A DNA stretch of 62,034 nt from a virus (Duplodnaviria > Caudoviricetes), in IMG/VR virus record IMGVR_UViG_3300036793_000104, positions 1 through 62,034 of that record; one strand, 5' to 3'. The notes beneath the pieces were generated by a model, which was given only the letters and a program-made list of their open reading frames with translations, had not been told where the DNA came from and made no database searches. A program made the position numbers and the translations under genes. Positions 34,402-43,431 of this stretch are shown here, in pieces (position 1 is the stretch's first letter; every line of letters begins with the position of its first letter).

Positions 34402-36516
34402 TCAGCTCCAGGCGGCTTGCAGGTTGGCTGACAGGGCCGGGTCGGTCTCGTAGGCGTTGCAGGAGATCTGGCCGGTCGTGTTGCCTGCCTGGTCGGGGCT
34501 GGTCTCGACGAACAGCAGCACCGGCGAGGACGGGGTCCAGCCGGGCAGTGAGGCGAGCTCTTGCAGGATCGCGCTGATGTCCGGGCTGGCCTGCCAGGTG
34601 CCGTTGGGCCAGGTGGTGGGCTGCCAGTCGACCTTGGCGGTGGTCAGGTTCGCGAGGTGCGACGTGACGAGGTTCGTTTTCGACGTCGGCACGGTCGCGG
34701 CGATGGTCTTCTCGGCGGAGATCCGCAGCTTCGGGATGACGGTCCCGGACAGGCCGGTCGCGTACAGGTACAGCCGTGCCCCTGCCGCCACTACCGCACC
34801 GCCAGGCATCGACGGGGCGAACAGGAACACTCCCCCGCGGTCGGCGTCGTCTGTCACGGCCGCGTTGTCGCCGAGGAAGATCTTCGTGCCGGTCTGCGAC
34901 CAGAACCCGGCGTTCGTGTTGTGCCAGTTCTGGTCGCTGCTGCCGGCCGTGACCTGCCAGCCTGGCCGAGGCGCGACGAGCTGCTGCCCGGTGGCTTCCT
35001 GGCCGGCCGACCGCCAGTTGTCCCAGGTGCGGTACCCGGAGTTCCACGCGTACTGGGCCCGGGTGGTGGCTGCGACCCGGTACGTGTTGGCGTCGAACCG
35101 GTTGTTCTTCCGGGAGTCGAAGTACTGCGTCGGGTCGATCCCGCTGGACCCCATGAGGGTTCCGAGGCCGGAGACGCCTTCGCCGAACTGGTTGCCGGAC
35201 GTGTACAGGTTCCCGGTCTTCCCAGTGAGGGTGACCGGGGTCATGGTGACGTCGTTGTCGTGCACGTAGAGGTTGACCAGGTCCCGGTTCGGGTGGGTCG
35301 AGTCGGCGCGCGGACGGAACTGGGCAAAGATGCCGTTCTGGTTCGGGCCGAGCGTGTTGCCGGTGACCTCGACGTCGCGGGACGTGTTGATGTTGATGCC
35401 CGCAGTGCCGAACCCGGAGTAGCCGGTGAACGAGGCACCCTCCGGTGCATGGTCGGCGGCGAACTGGAACCCGCACCCGGTGATCGTGTTGCCGGAGATC
35501 TCGCAGTCGTAGGAGATCTCGTACCGGATGCCGTCCGCGTAGCAGTTCTCGACCCGGTTGCCGCGGATGTACACCTTGCCGGTGGCACCGTTCTCGATGT
35601 CGCCCCAGATCCCGAGGCCGCGGGAGTCGTGACAGTAGTTGTCCTCGACCGTGACCGAACTCGAGTTGGTGAACTTGATGTCGCCGGATTCCCAGTCGTC
35701 CGGACGGTACCCGTCGGTGTTGTTGTTGTGCAGGTGGTTCACCGCGACGCGGGCGCCGTCGGAGGCGTGGACGCCGATGCCGAGCTGCCCGCAGTGGTGC
35801 ACGTGGTTGTCGTGCACGTAGCCGTTGGTGGCGCCGTCGAGGAATATCCCGATCGCGTGCGTGTCGGTGATCTCGCAGTGGTCGACCTCGACACCGGAGC
35901 CTTGCAGGCTGATCGTGCCGAGCTGCGACGGCGGCGCGTAGTGCTGCACCTTGATCCCGGTGATGCGGATGTTCGCCGCGTTGCTGTTGATCGCGTACGT
36001 CTTGGACGCCATCACAATGGTGTGCCCGGCGGGGTCGAAGCCGAGGTAGACGCGGCCCGCGGCGTAGTCCTGGTAGAACCCGGTCGCGTCGACCAGGTCC
36101 GTGAGGGCCATGACGCGGGTCAGGTGGACGCTGTCGGACCAGACCTGCTCGCGTTTGCGGCACGGGTTCGTGTCGGACAGCTCGCACTGCACGCTGGTGG
36201 ATTCGGTGTAGCTCGGCAGGGTCGCGGTGGCGTACCAGTGGCCGGAGCCGTCGCTCGTCCAGGAGGTGAGCGTGGTGCCGCCGTCCCAGATCGTGCCGGT
36301 CTGCCCGACCAGGACCTGCCCTGTCTTCGGGGCGAGCGAGTCGGGGCGATGCGTGCCGGGCTTGAACAGGATCGACGCGCCGGCCGGTGCCGTGTTGAGC
36401 ACGGTCTGTGGGTTGTCGCCGGGGTTGACGACGTACGTGTAGCCGCTACCGGGGTCGACGGGCGTGTAGCTGGGGCGGGTCCATACGCCGCCCTTGCGGA
36501 CGAGCGCGTAGCTCAC
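34402..36516 (-). CDS. Right-handed beta-helix (pectin-lyase-like) tailspike/depolymerase candidate
   Basis: Repeated N..H.N / GI...N.V..N rungs, GIW.D, GI.YEIS. Confidence 0.8.
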   Translation of the reverse strand: MSYALVRKGGVWTRPSYTPVDPGSGYTYVVNPGDNPQTVLNTAPAGASILFKPGTHRPDSLAPKTGQVLVGQTGTIWDGGTTLTSWTSDGSGHWYATATLPSYTESTSVQCELSDTNPCRKREQVWSDSVHLTRVMALTDLVDATGFYQDYAAGRVYLGFDPAGHTIVMASKTYAINSNAANIRITGIKVQHYAPPSQLGTISLQGSGVEVDHCEITDTHAIGIFLDGATNGYVHDNHVHHCGQLGIGVHASDGARVAVNHLHNNNTDGYRPDDWESGDIKFTNSSSVTVEDNYCHDSRGLGIWGDIENGATGKVYIRGNRVENCYADGIRYEISYDCEISGNTITGCGFQFAADHAPEGASFTGYSGFGTAGININTSRDVEVTGNTLGPNQNGIFAQFRPRADSTHPNRDLVNLYVHDNDVTMTPVTLTGKTGNLYTSGNQFGEGVSGLGTLMGSSGIDPTQYFDSRKNNRFDANTYRVAATTRAQYAWNSGYRTWDNWRSAGQEATGQQLVAPRPGWQVTAGSSDQNWHNTNAGFWSQTGTKIFLGDNAAVTDDADRGGVFLFAPSMPGGAVVAAGARLYLYATGLSGTVIPKLRISAEKTIAATVPTSKTNLVTSHLANLTTAKVDWQPTTWPNGTWQASPDISAILQELASLPGWTPSSPVLLFVETSPDQAGNTTGQISCNAYETDPALSANLQAAWS

Positions 36517-37313
36517 GACGCCTCAACGATCCAGACGTCTCGTTCCTGCGCCGCTGCTGCCGGGTCGTTCGCGGAGGTGGAGAAGAACACGCGCCGAAGA
36601 CGGGTGTCCGGGGTGGCGTCGAACGAGGACGTGCCCGCGTTGTAGTCGCAGGCGATGAGGACCTTCGCGGCGAGGATGGCCTGTGTCTGGCTCGAGGTCA
36701 AGGGGATCGATGCGACGTAGTCGACGAGGTCGACTTTTCGGCCGCTGGTGGCGACAACAGCCAGGCCGGACACGTCACCGGGTGCGCCCTTGAGCGAGGC
36801 GAGGAAGTCAGCCTGCGTGCCGGTGTTGCCCGCGTCGAGCCACACCTGGTACGCCGACTCCCCTGCCGCACCGGTAGAGCCTGTAGCTCCTGCCGCGCCG
36901 GTCGCGCCAGTGGCTCCCGTGTCACCCTTCGCACCGGGCAGTGGAACCACACCAGCGCCTGCGGGGATGGGGTCGAGGGTGCCGAGCTGCAGTGCGCCGG
37001 AGCCGCGTGGGATGGGCACATGGTAGGTGGCGTTGTACTGGTTGTTGTCGGTGTCATGCAGCGTCTCGACGACGGTGTACGTGAAGTCGTGGTTGTGCAT
37101 GTCGGGGTCGTCGGTGACCCGCAGCGTGACCGACAGCTTCCCGGCCGAGTCGAGCGTCGCGGACTGGGTCTTCGGCATCACGACCGTGTCTTCGGCGGCG
37201 GTCTCGACGGGCACGTCGCCCTTGAAGGTGACGGTGCCTTGGAGCGGGGTGCCGTCCCAGGCGAGGTAGATGCGTTCGACGACTCGGGTGTCCCACTCGG
37301 CGGGGAGTGCCAT
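36513..37313 (-). CDS. Collagen-containing fibre protein, first late gene
   Basis: G.P..G.V.F, LD..G..SV.L..TDDP, G-X-Y run, G.SAYQVW...GN.GT..DFLASLKG. Confidence 0.8.
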   Translation of the reverse strand: MALPAEWDTRVVERIYLAWDGTPLQGTVTFKGDVPVETAAEDTVVMPKTQSATLDSAGKLSVTLRVTDDPDMHNHDFTYTVVETLHDTDNNQYNATYHVPIPRGSGALQLGTLDPIPAGAGVVPLPGAKGDTGATGATGAAGATGSTGAAGESAYQVWLDAGNTGTQADFLASLKGAPGDVSGLAVVATSGRKVDLVDYVASIPLTSSQTQAILAAKVLIACDYNAGTSSFDATPDTRLRRVFFSTSANDPAAAAQERDVWIVEAS

Positions 37314-37337
37314 GGTTCACCTCCGGGTCGTGGGAAT

Positions 37338-37377
37338 GGCGAAGGCCCGGCTCTCAGGTGGGGAGCCGGGCCTCGCC
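37338..37377. terminator. Strong GC hairpin in the late leader (no U tract)
   Basis: GGCGAAGGCCCGGCTCTC ... GGGAGCCGGGCCTCGCC. Confidence 0.5.
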
Positions 37378-37381
37378 GGGG

Positions 37382-37467
37382 GCGTCAACTACGGGGGTCG
37401 AATCCGTAGGACTTGCTGCACCAGGTGCAGCGCCGGGGGTTGCGGCCCCGGGGGTGTTCAGTTGCGC
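37382..37467 (-). ncRNA. tRNA-like / degenerate tRNA structure
   Basis: Closing CAACT/AGTTG stem and three hairpins, the last with a TTCGACC loop; no canonical D loop, anticodon loop or CCA. Confidence 0.35.
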
Positions 37468-37543
37468 AGTAGCGATACCTCGCCTGCTGTCGCTCAGTGT
37501 TGCTGACGGCAAACGACCGTGTCAAGTGACGCTTGACGGTGTG

Positions 37544-37786
37544 TCACGCGACACTGGACACGGAGGGCATGCGTGGGCGGTGGCGGACGGTCATGGAGTA
37601 CGCCGAGACCTCAGGCACGAAGTACAGCTTCGCGCCGCGTGGCCCGATGCCGTGGGCTCGGATGTGGCCGGCTGATGCCCAGGCACGGATGGTGCCGGGT
37701 GCGATGGCGAAGGCGCGGTAGGCGTCGGCCGGGTGGAGGTGGCGGCGGTAGGCCTCGTCGGCGGTGTAGGTCGGCAGCTCGGTCAT
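37544..37786 (-). CDS. MerR-type HTH protein (candidate late regulator)
   Basis: PGTIRAWAS.GHI...G..PRG.KLY...EV. Confidence 0.75.
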   Translation of the reverse strand: MTELPTYTADEAYRRHLHPADAYRAFAIAPGTIRAWASAGHIRAHGIGPRGAKLYFVPEVSAYSMTVRHRPRMPSVSSVA

Positions 37787-37799
37787 CAGTCCCCCAGGG

Positions 37800-38958
37800 T
37801 CATGGCAGCAGTTCGTATCCCGCGTGCTTCACCAGCGCCTCACCAGCGGCCTGCTTGTCCGGGAACAAGCCCACCTGGTGGCCTCGCGGCGTGTATGCGA
37901 CGCACCCGACAGGGCCGTGGCTGGTGACGGCCCCGACGCACTCACCCCAGGGCGCGGCGGTCACGTGCCAGCTGCCGTCCTGCTGCTTGGCCAGGGTCGC
38001 GGTTGCGTAGCCCGGGTAGGCGGTGGGCTCGGTCATGTCACCCATTGTCCGCTAGTGCGCCCAACTCCTGACGCCACCGCAGGCCGTACTTCGACAGGTC
38101 GACCCGCCCGATCTCCCGCGATGTCGCGACCCAGCCGCATCCGGTGCACTCCTGCGTGATCGTCGTGACCCCGTAGATCATCTCCCGAAGCATCTGGTCC
38201 GAGATGCGTTCGACCTCAAAGCTTCGGCCGACCGGAGGCTCGTACCGCCCACCCGCCACCTTCCAGGCGTGCTGATGCTTCGGCTCACGAGCGAAGAGGC
38301 TCACCGCCGCCTCGCCTTCGGCTTGCAGTCGCCGGCGTGGTTCGGCTCGAACCGGCAGCCGCCGCGCATGGTCGACCACCGGTACGGCTTGCTGCAGGTT
38401 GGGGGCTTGAGCCTGTACGCGGATCCCCAGGTCGGCATCAGATCCCCCTCCGGGTATTGGCCTTCTTCAGCGCCGCCATCTGCTTGCCGATTCGGGCCGC
38501 GACCTCGGGTGGAAACACCGGCATGACGAGCCGTGGCGGGGCCGTGATCCTGATGGGTGGCGGCGGCGGTGGGTCGAGCCTGTCCGCCATGCCCCGGAGA
38601 GCGGCGGCGATGCGGTGCTTCATGGCTTCTCCCTGGTGATGGTGACCTCGACCGTAGCCGAGTTGATGACGTCCTCAGCGATGCGTCGGATCGACCACGA
38701 CAGGAACGCGACACCCATCGGTATGCGCAGCCAGCGCGGCAGCGCCGAGGACAGGCTCGGGTCGGCGTATGACGTGATCTCGTGGATCGCTAGGACGAGG
38801 TACAGGTAGGTTCCGGCGCTCCGCTTGAGCCGCCTCCATCCGCGCGCCCGGTTGGCCCACGCTGCCTTGAGGTCGCCGTTGCGGGCTGCTTCGGAGAGCG
38901 CCATCAGCACGGCCAGCAGCACGCCGACAACGAGGACGAGTCCGATGAACGTGCTCAC
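37800..38958 (-). other. Run of five small hypothetical genes, including a 3-TM protein at 38620..38958
   Basis: Coupled short ORFs 37800..38036, 38038..38304, 38301..38438, 38438..38623, 38620..38958. Confidence 0.55.
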
Positions 38959-39839
38959 GATGCGTCCTCCAGTCGATTGCCGTTGTCGTCGATGATGCCG
39001 ATCTTCAGCCCCAGCTCGCGTAGCCCCGAGTCGGCCTCGTACCGCGATCCGCACGACGCGCACCGAACCGCCCGCGATTCCTTGTCCATGAACAGCGGCC
39101 CTCCGCACACCGCCGTCTCGGCCTGCCCGACCGGCTGGGCTTTGCAGGTGCCGACCGGGTGGGTGCGGTACTCGCCGACCGCGTCCCGCAGCTGCCGGTG
39201 CAGGGACTTGAGTTCGGCGTACAGGTCACCGGCCCAGTCCTGCTCGGTGCACCAGGCCAGGTTGCCGATCAGGGTGGAGACCTCGGCCGTGACGGTGACT
39301 GCCGCGGGCTCCCAGTGCTGGCAGGTGCAGGCGATGACGGTGCAGCCTCGGTGCCGCCTGTCGGTGCCGTGGCTCGGCCGAGGGTGGCTGCATCCGCCGG
39401 CGCATGGGCGCGGGTCGTGGCGTTGGTCGCGTACGAGTTCGGCCCACCGGTGGAGCAGACCAAGGACGCCGCGGCCGTCGGTGGTTCCGTCGCTGCGCAT
39501 CCCGACCCGGGTGTCGAGCAGGTCGACGATCTCCAGCCGCATCGGGGCGGGCGGGTCGGGGTTCTTGGCCCGCACGTTCTCCGGGTTGCCGGCGACGGAG
39601 CCGTGTTCGACGACGGCGGGCAGGAGCGCGTACAGGTCGGGCAGGGCACGCAGCCATCCGTCGAGCCGCTTGGAGCACCGCGGACACAGCAGTTTGCCGG
39701 GTTCGCAGAAAACCATGCCCCTCTGCGGCCCCGTGCCGGTCTGGCACGCGTTCACGCACTGGGACGGGGGTACGGCCGTGTAGGCAATCTCGGCCCGCAG
39801 ATCGGCGTACAGGGCGTCTGGGCGCTCGGTCATCGTCAT
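38955..39839 (-). CDS. Cys-rich protein typical of actinobacterial prophages before the late region
   Basis: LC.RC..RL...L..LPDLY and G.C...CGG.L...RC..CG motifs. Confidence 0.75.
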   Translation of the reverse strand: MTMTERPDALYADLRAEIAYTAVPPSQCVNACQTGTGPQRGMVFCEPGKLLCPRCSKRLDGWLRALPDLYALLPAVVEHGSVAGNPENVRAKNPDPPAPMRLEIVDLLDTRVGMRSDGTTDGRGVLGLLHRWAELVRDQRHDPRPCAGGCSHPRPSHGTDRRHRGCTVIACTCQHWEPAAVTVTAEVSTLIGNLAWCTEQDWAGDLYAELKSLHRQLRDAVGEYRTHPVGTCKAQPVGQAETAVCGGPLFMDKESRAVRCASCGSRYEADSGLRELGLKIGIIDDNGNRLEDAS

Positions 39840-40008
39840 CGGTTCCTCCATGCGGCGTCCAAGCGGTTGAGGTCTCGAAGGTCGTCGTCGCTCAGCGCCT
39901 CAACCCTCGCTACCAGAGCGGGGTCGTTCGCTGCACGCAGGTCTGAGACGACGGGCCACATCAGGCCGCGCCGGTAGAGCGCATCGATCCGCTGGATCAG
40001 CTCGTCCT

Positions 40009-40320
40009 TCACTTCGTCCTCCTCGTTCGGCGGCGTGCACGCGATCGGTATGCGACTCGGGCAGCCTTGCGCCGCGGCGTAGCACCGAGCTCGCGGGTCA
40101 GCGTGACGATCCGGTCATGGCTCCAGCGCAGCTCGTGCAGCAGCCCGTCGTGGTCGGCCATCAGGCAGCGGGTGCCGAGCTCGGAGCGTTCCCGCATCCA
40201 CGTCCACGCCTCCATGCGACGCTCGGGAGTGAAGCACTGGTCGAAGTGCTCCAGCGCTACGTCGTCGGGCAGCATGACGTTCTCCGGGCAGACCTCGCGG
40301 TGCTTGCAGGTTGTCGTCAT
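40009..40320 (-). CDS. Hypothetical protein
   Basis: MTTTCKH...; GGAGG RBS; coupled downstream. Confidence 0.6.
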   Translation of the reverse strand: MTTTCKHREVCPENVMLPDDVALEHFDQCFTPERRMEAWTWMRERSELGTRCLMADHDGLLHELRWSHDRIVTLTRELGATPRRKAARVAYRSRARRRTRRTK

Positions 40321-40474
40321 GGCAGCCTCCGGATCTTCCGGCCGATCCACGTCAACCGCCTCCAGACATGCTCGCGAGCGATCCAGTGCTGACCGCAGTC
40401 GCATCGCCAGACCATCCCCGCCGCTCCCCAGCCGGGGCTGCATCGGTGCGGGGCAGGGCGGACGACCTGGCCGG

Positions 40475-41107
40475 TCACGCCGCATCCCCCGTCTCAGGCT
40501 CGACCAGCGACCGGAAGTGCTTCGCCAACATCCCCGGCACCCGAGCCTGCTGCTCCTCCGACAGCCCCAACTCAGCCACCGCAGCCAACACGACCGCGCC
40601 CATCTGCTCCCCCGCCGTCCGGTTGATCAACGTGATCCGAGCCTCGATCGCCTTCGCGTCCAGGCCCAACTGGATCATCCGCGCCAACGTCCGCTCCGCC
40701 CGATCCAACGCCCGCTCATACGCCGCGACATACGCCCGGACCTGCTCCCCCATCGCCATCAACTGCTTGCCGTCAGCCTCGTCATCGCTCGCACCGAACG
40801 CCGCGATCCTGAGCGTCCAGTCATCCAGCGTCTCCACCCGCTCCCGCAACCGATCCTTGAACGCCAACACCTCCCCCGCGTTATCCGCATACGCCCCGAC
40901 CGGGTCCGACACCGGCGCCCAGCCCTGCCGGCCGATCTCCCGAGCGACCTGCTGCTCGAGCACACGCTCGGCCGCCTTGGCCTTGACCTGCGGCGCCGAG
41001 CCACCATGCGTGTAACACACGTCACCGCCCACGATGGGTCGCTTGCGGCAGCGTTCTCCGGTCTGGGTGCTGGTGGCCTTGCAGCGGGGGATCTCGAGCT
41101 CGGTCAT
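40475..41107 (-). CDS. HGGxSTG-type Zn-finger protein, probable terminase small subunit
   Basis: RC.A....G.RC.......VC..HGG.APQVKAKA followed by a helical oligomerisation-like region. Confidence 0.65.
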   Translation of the reverse strand: MTELEIPRCKATSTQTGERCRKRPIVGGDVCYTHGGSAPQVKAKAAERVLEQQVAREIGRQGWAPVSDPVGAYADNAGEVLAFKDRLRERVETLDDWTLRIAAFGASDDEADGKQLMAMGEQVRAYVAAYERALDRAERTLARMIQLGLDAKAIEARITLINRTAGEQMGAVVLAAVAELGLSEEQQARVPGMLAKHFRSLVEPETGDAA

Positions 41108-41240
41108 GAGGGCCGCCTCTCGCGGATGGCTTTGGTGAGTTCGTCGATGCGGCGCGCGACGAGTCGCAGGGAGTCGACGATGCCGCTGAGGCAGATGACG
41201 GAGACCACGGCTAGGGCGATGAGCGCCTTGTCTGGGGAGC

Positions 41241-42272
41241 TCATGCCTGCGCCTCCTGCAGGCTGGGGGTGGTCGGGTACTGGTCCCAGGTGCTGCCGTC
41301 GAGCTCGCGGCCGGCGGCGTGCTTGCCGGGCCGGGTCATGCCCTGTGCACCGCGCGGAGTCTGCGGTGAGCGCGCGAGGCTGGTCGGCTGGTGGCTGAGC
41401 TCCATGAAGTGCGCGGTGTTCTCATCGAGGTAGCTGCCGGTAAAGGCGTGGGTTGCGCCGCCCTCGCCTTTCCAGCGAGCCGGGGCCCATTCGCCCCACT
41501 GCTTGAACAGGAAGGGGATGCCGTAGGTCGTGCACTCGTAGCGGAGCTGTCGTGCCCAGTCGGGGTGCATCGGGCGAGCGCGAGGGCCGGATTCGCCCCC
41601 GACGATGACCCAGTCGACGAGGGTGCCGGTGTCGATCTTGGTGTTGTCGAAGAGGCTGACGGGGCCGAGCAGCGGCTCGCAGGACAGGAACCGTACGGCG
41701 GCCGGGGTCTCGAGCAGGGCCGGGATGCGGATGTCAGCCCACTTCTGGTCCTCGACAGAGACGCCCAGCCACACGTTCGGCAGCGGCCACATGCCATCGG
41801 TGACGTCCTCTGCGGTGTTGTCGAAGCGGCTATCCCACTCCTGCCCCCAGTGGCGGAGCCACGAGATCACGTCGTCACGGAAGTCCGCGTTGCTCAGCAG
41901 CGAGCGCATCCGGTCGTGGCGCTTGGTGAGGATCTGGTAGGTGTGCTGCGGGGTGTGCGCCATGACGGCGAACACGCGCGCGATGAAGTCTGCGGTGACA
42001 CCCTTGTGGAACAGGTCGCTCATCGAGTTGACGAACACCTTGCGGGGCTTCCTCCAGCGCAGCGGCACCTCGAGCCTGTCGGGGTGCATCGCGATTCCGA
42101 ACCCTGGCCCGGAGGTCTTGGGGTCGCCGTCGGTCTGGTAGTCGGCCTGCCCCATCGCTTTGAGCCGCTTGGCCATGCCGAGGGCGTAGCAGTTGTCGCA
42201 GCCGGGCGAGACGCGGTCGCATCCGGTGGTGGGGTTCCAGGTCTCGTCGGTCCATTCGATGCCGGTGCTCAC
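41241..42272 (-). CDS. Phage Gp37/Gp68 (DUF5131) family protein
   Basis: IEWTDETWNP.TGC..VSPGCDNCYA, FVNSMSDLFH, LTKR, FLSCEPLLG, WVIVGGESG, FKQWG. Confidence 0.93.
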   Translation of the reverse strand: MSTGIEWTDETWNPTTGCDRVSPGCDNCYALGMAKRLKAMGQADYQTDGDPKTSGPGFGIAMHPDRLEVPLRWRKPRKVFVNSMSDLFHKGVTADFIARVFAVMAHTPQHTYQILTKRHDRMRSLLSNADFRDDVISWLRHWGQEWDSRFDNTAEDVTDGMWPLPNVWLGVSVEDQKWADIRIPALLETPAAVRFLSCEPLLGPVSLFDNTKIDTGTLVDWVIVGGESGPRARPMHPDWARQLRYECTTYGIPFLFKQWGEWAPARWKGEGGATHAFTGSYLDENTAHFMELSHQPTSLARSPQTPRGAQGMTRPGKHAAGRELDGSTWDQYPTTPSLQEAQA

Positions 42273-42700
42273 GCTGACTCCTGTTCGGTGGCGGGTTCGT
42301 CGGTGGTTCCGTGTGCCGCAGCAGATGCGACGGCTCGGGCTTGCTGGATGGCGGCGATCCGGTCGGGGTTGTCGCGCACGATCTCGTCGCGTTTGACGTC
42401 GCACGGCTGGCCGGCTGGGTGCGGGTAGCGGCACCTGTCGCAGATCCCCGAGTTGCGCTTGGTGGCGTTCGCCGGTGCCTTGGGTGTGGTCGCTTCCCAC
42501 CACGGCCCGGCTTCGAGTAGCCGGCCGGGTGTGAGGGTGTCGGGGTCGGTGGCGATCCAGGCGACTGCGACGGCGAGGTCCCGGAACGGCCGGGTCCCGT
42601 GGTTCGCTTTCAGGTTGGTGAGGACCGACGACAGGACCCAGTCGGGGCGCAACGCGACAGCCATGGCGGCGACGCGTTCGAGTTCGTTGATCGTCGCCAT
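42269..42700 (-). CDS. Replication-region hypothetical protein with Zn-ribbon
   Basis: RPDW...A.DP.T.TPGR....GPWW and CDRC motifs. Confidence 0.7.
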   Translation of the reverse strand: MATINELERVAAMAVALRPDWVLSSVLTNLKANHGTRPFRDLAVAVAWIATDPDTLTPGRLLEAGPWWEATTPKAPANATKRNSGICDRCRYPHPAGQPCDVKRDEIVRDNPDRIAAIQQARAVASAAAHGTTDEPATEQESA

Positions 42701-42839
42701 CAGCCACCAAATCCAATCGAGGCCGCCTCGCGCGTTGGCTTAGGTGAGTTTTGGATTTGGCGAGTTCCGCTGGTGAGAAGAGACAGACCTGCGGCTGTGT
42801 AGGGACGTGCCCCAAGTACTTGCTGCTGTTGCTGATGCT

Positions 42840-42930
42840 GTTGGGTAATACGACCGTATTTCCGAGACCTATTCGATTTGGTATAGCTAATCGAATAGCA
42901 CTTGCTATAGGTGTTGGTATCAGTCATTGC
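42840..42930. other. Candidate replication origin (AT-rich, nested inverted repeats)
   Basis: AATACG-AC-CGTATT, CTATTCGATT-N10-AATCGAATAG, ATAGCA-CT-TGCTAT directly after the initiator-like gene. Confidence 0.5.
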
Positions 42931-43360
42931 ACTTCTCGCAGTCCTCGAACGACGCCTGGTGATCGACGTGGCCCTGCCGCTGCCACCGGTCATGGATGCC
43001 CTTCCGGCCCGCCAATTTCCGGTCCGCGCGCAGCTTCCGGATCTGCCGTGCGGACCGGTTGTGCTCGTGGTAGTCGTGGACGACCAGGTCGCCCGCCTGC
43101 TGCGGCTGGGGGCACTTGTCGCAGTGGTGGCCCTTCTCGTGCCAGATCTCACGGTTGATGAGCTCCCGCACGAACTTCTGGGGGACGTCGGCGACGACGA
43201 CGGCGACACGTGGCTCGAAGATGCCGTCGTTGAGTTCCGCGTTGCACCAGAGGATCGTCGAGGCGTACAGCCACTTGGCTCGGCCGTCCGCCCCGCGCAG
43301 TTTCGGGTGTCGGGGCAGGCCGAGGTCCATCGGCGCGTACGGCCGCTCGTCCTTCGGCAT
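42920..43360 (-). CDS. Replication initiator-like protein (N-terminal domain only)
   Basis: D.GLP.HPK....A.WLY...WC....DG ... HDY.EHN.S pattern seen in actinophage initiators. Confidence 0.65.
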   Translation of the reverse strand: MPKDERPYAPMDLGLPRHPKLRGADGRAKWLYASTILWCNAELNDGIFEPRVAVVVADVPQKFVRELINREIWHEKGHHCDKCPQPQQAGDLVVHDYHEHNRSARQIRKLRADRKLAGRKGIHDRWQRQGHVDHQASFEDCEKCND

Positions 43361-43431
43361 CTCGTCTCCTCAGTGCTGGGTGGCGCAGGTAGCGGGTGGT
43401 CTGGGTGTGGCGCGTGGCCGCGGTGGGTCGT

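Noticed and set aside
42824-42843. Poly-Gln-encoding CAG/CAA run as a contingency locus
   Set aside because: Short and imperfect, and lies in a doubtful low-complexity ORF.
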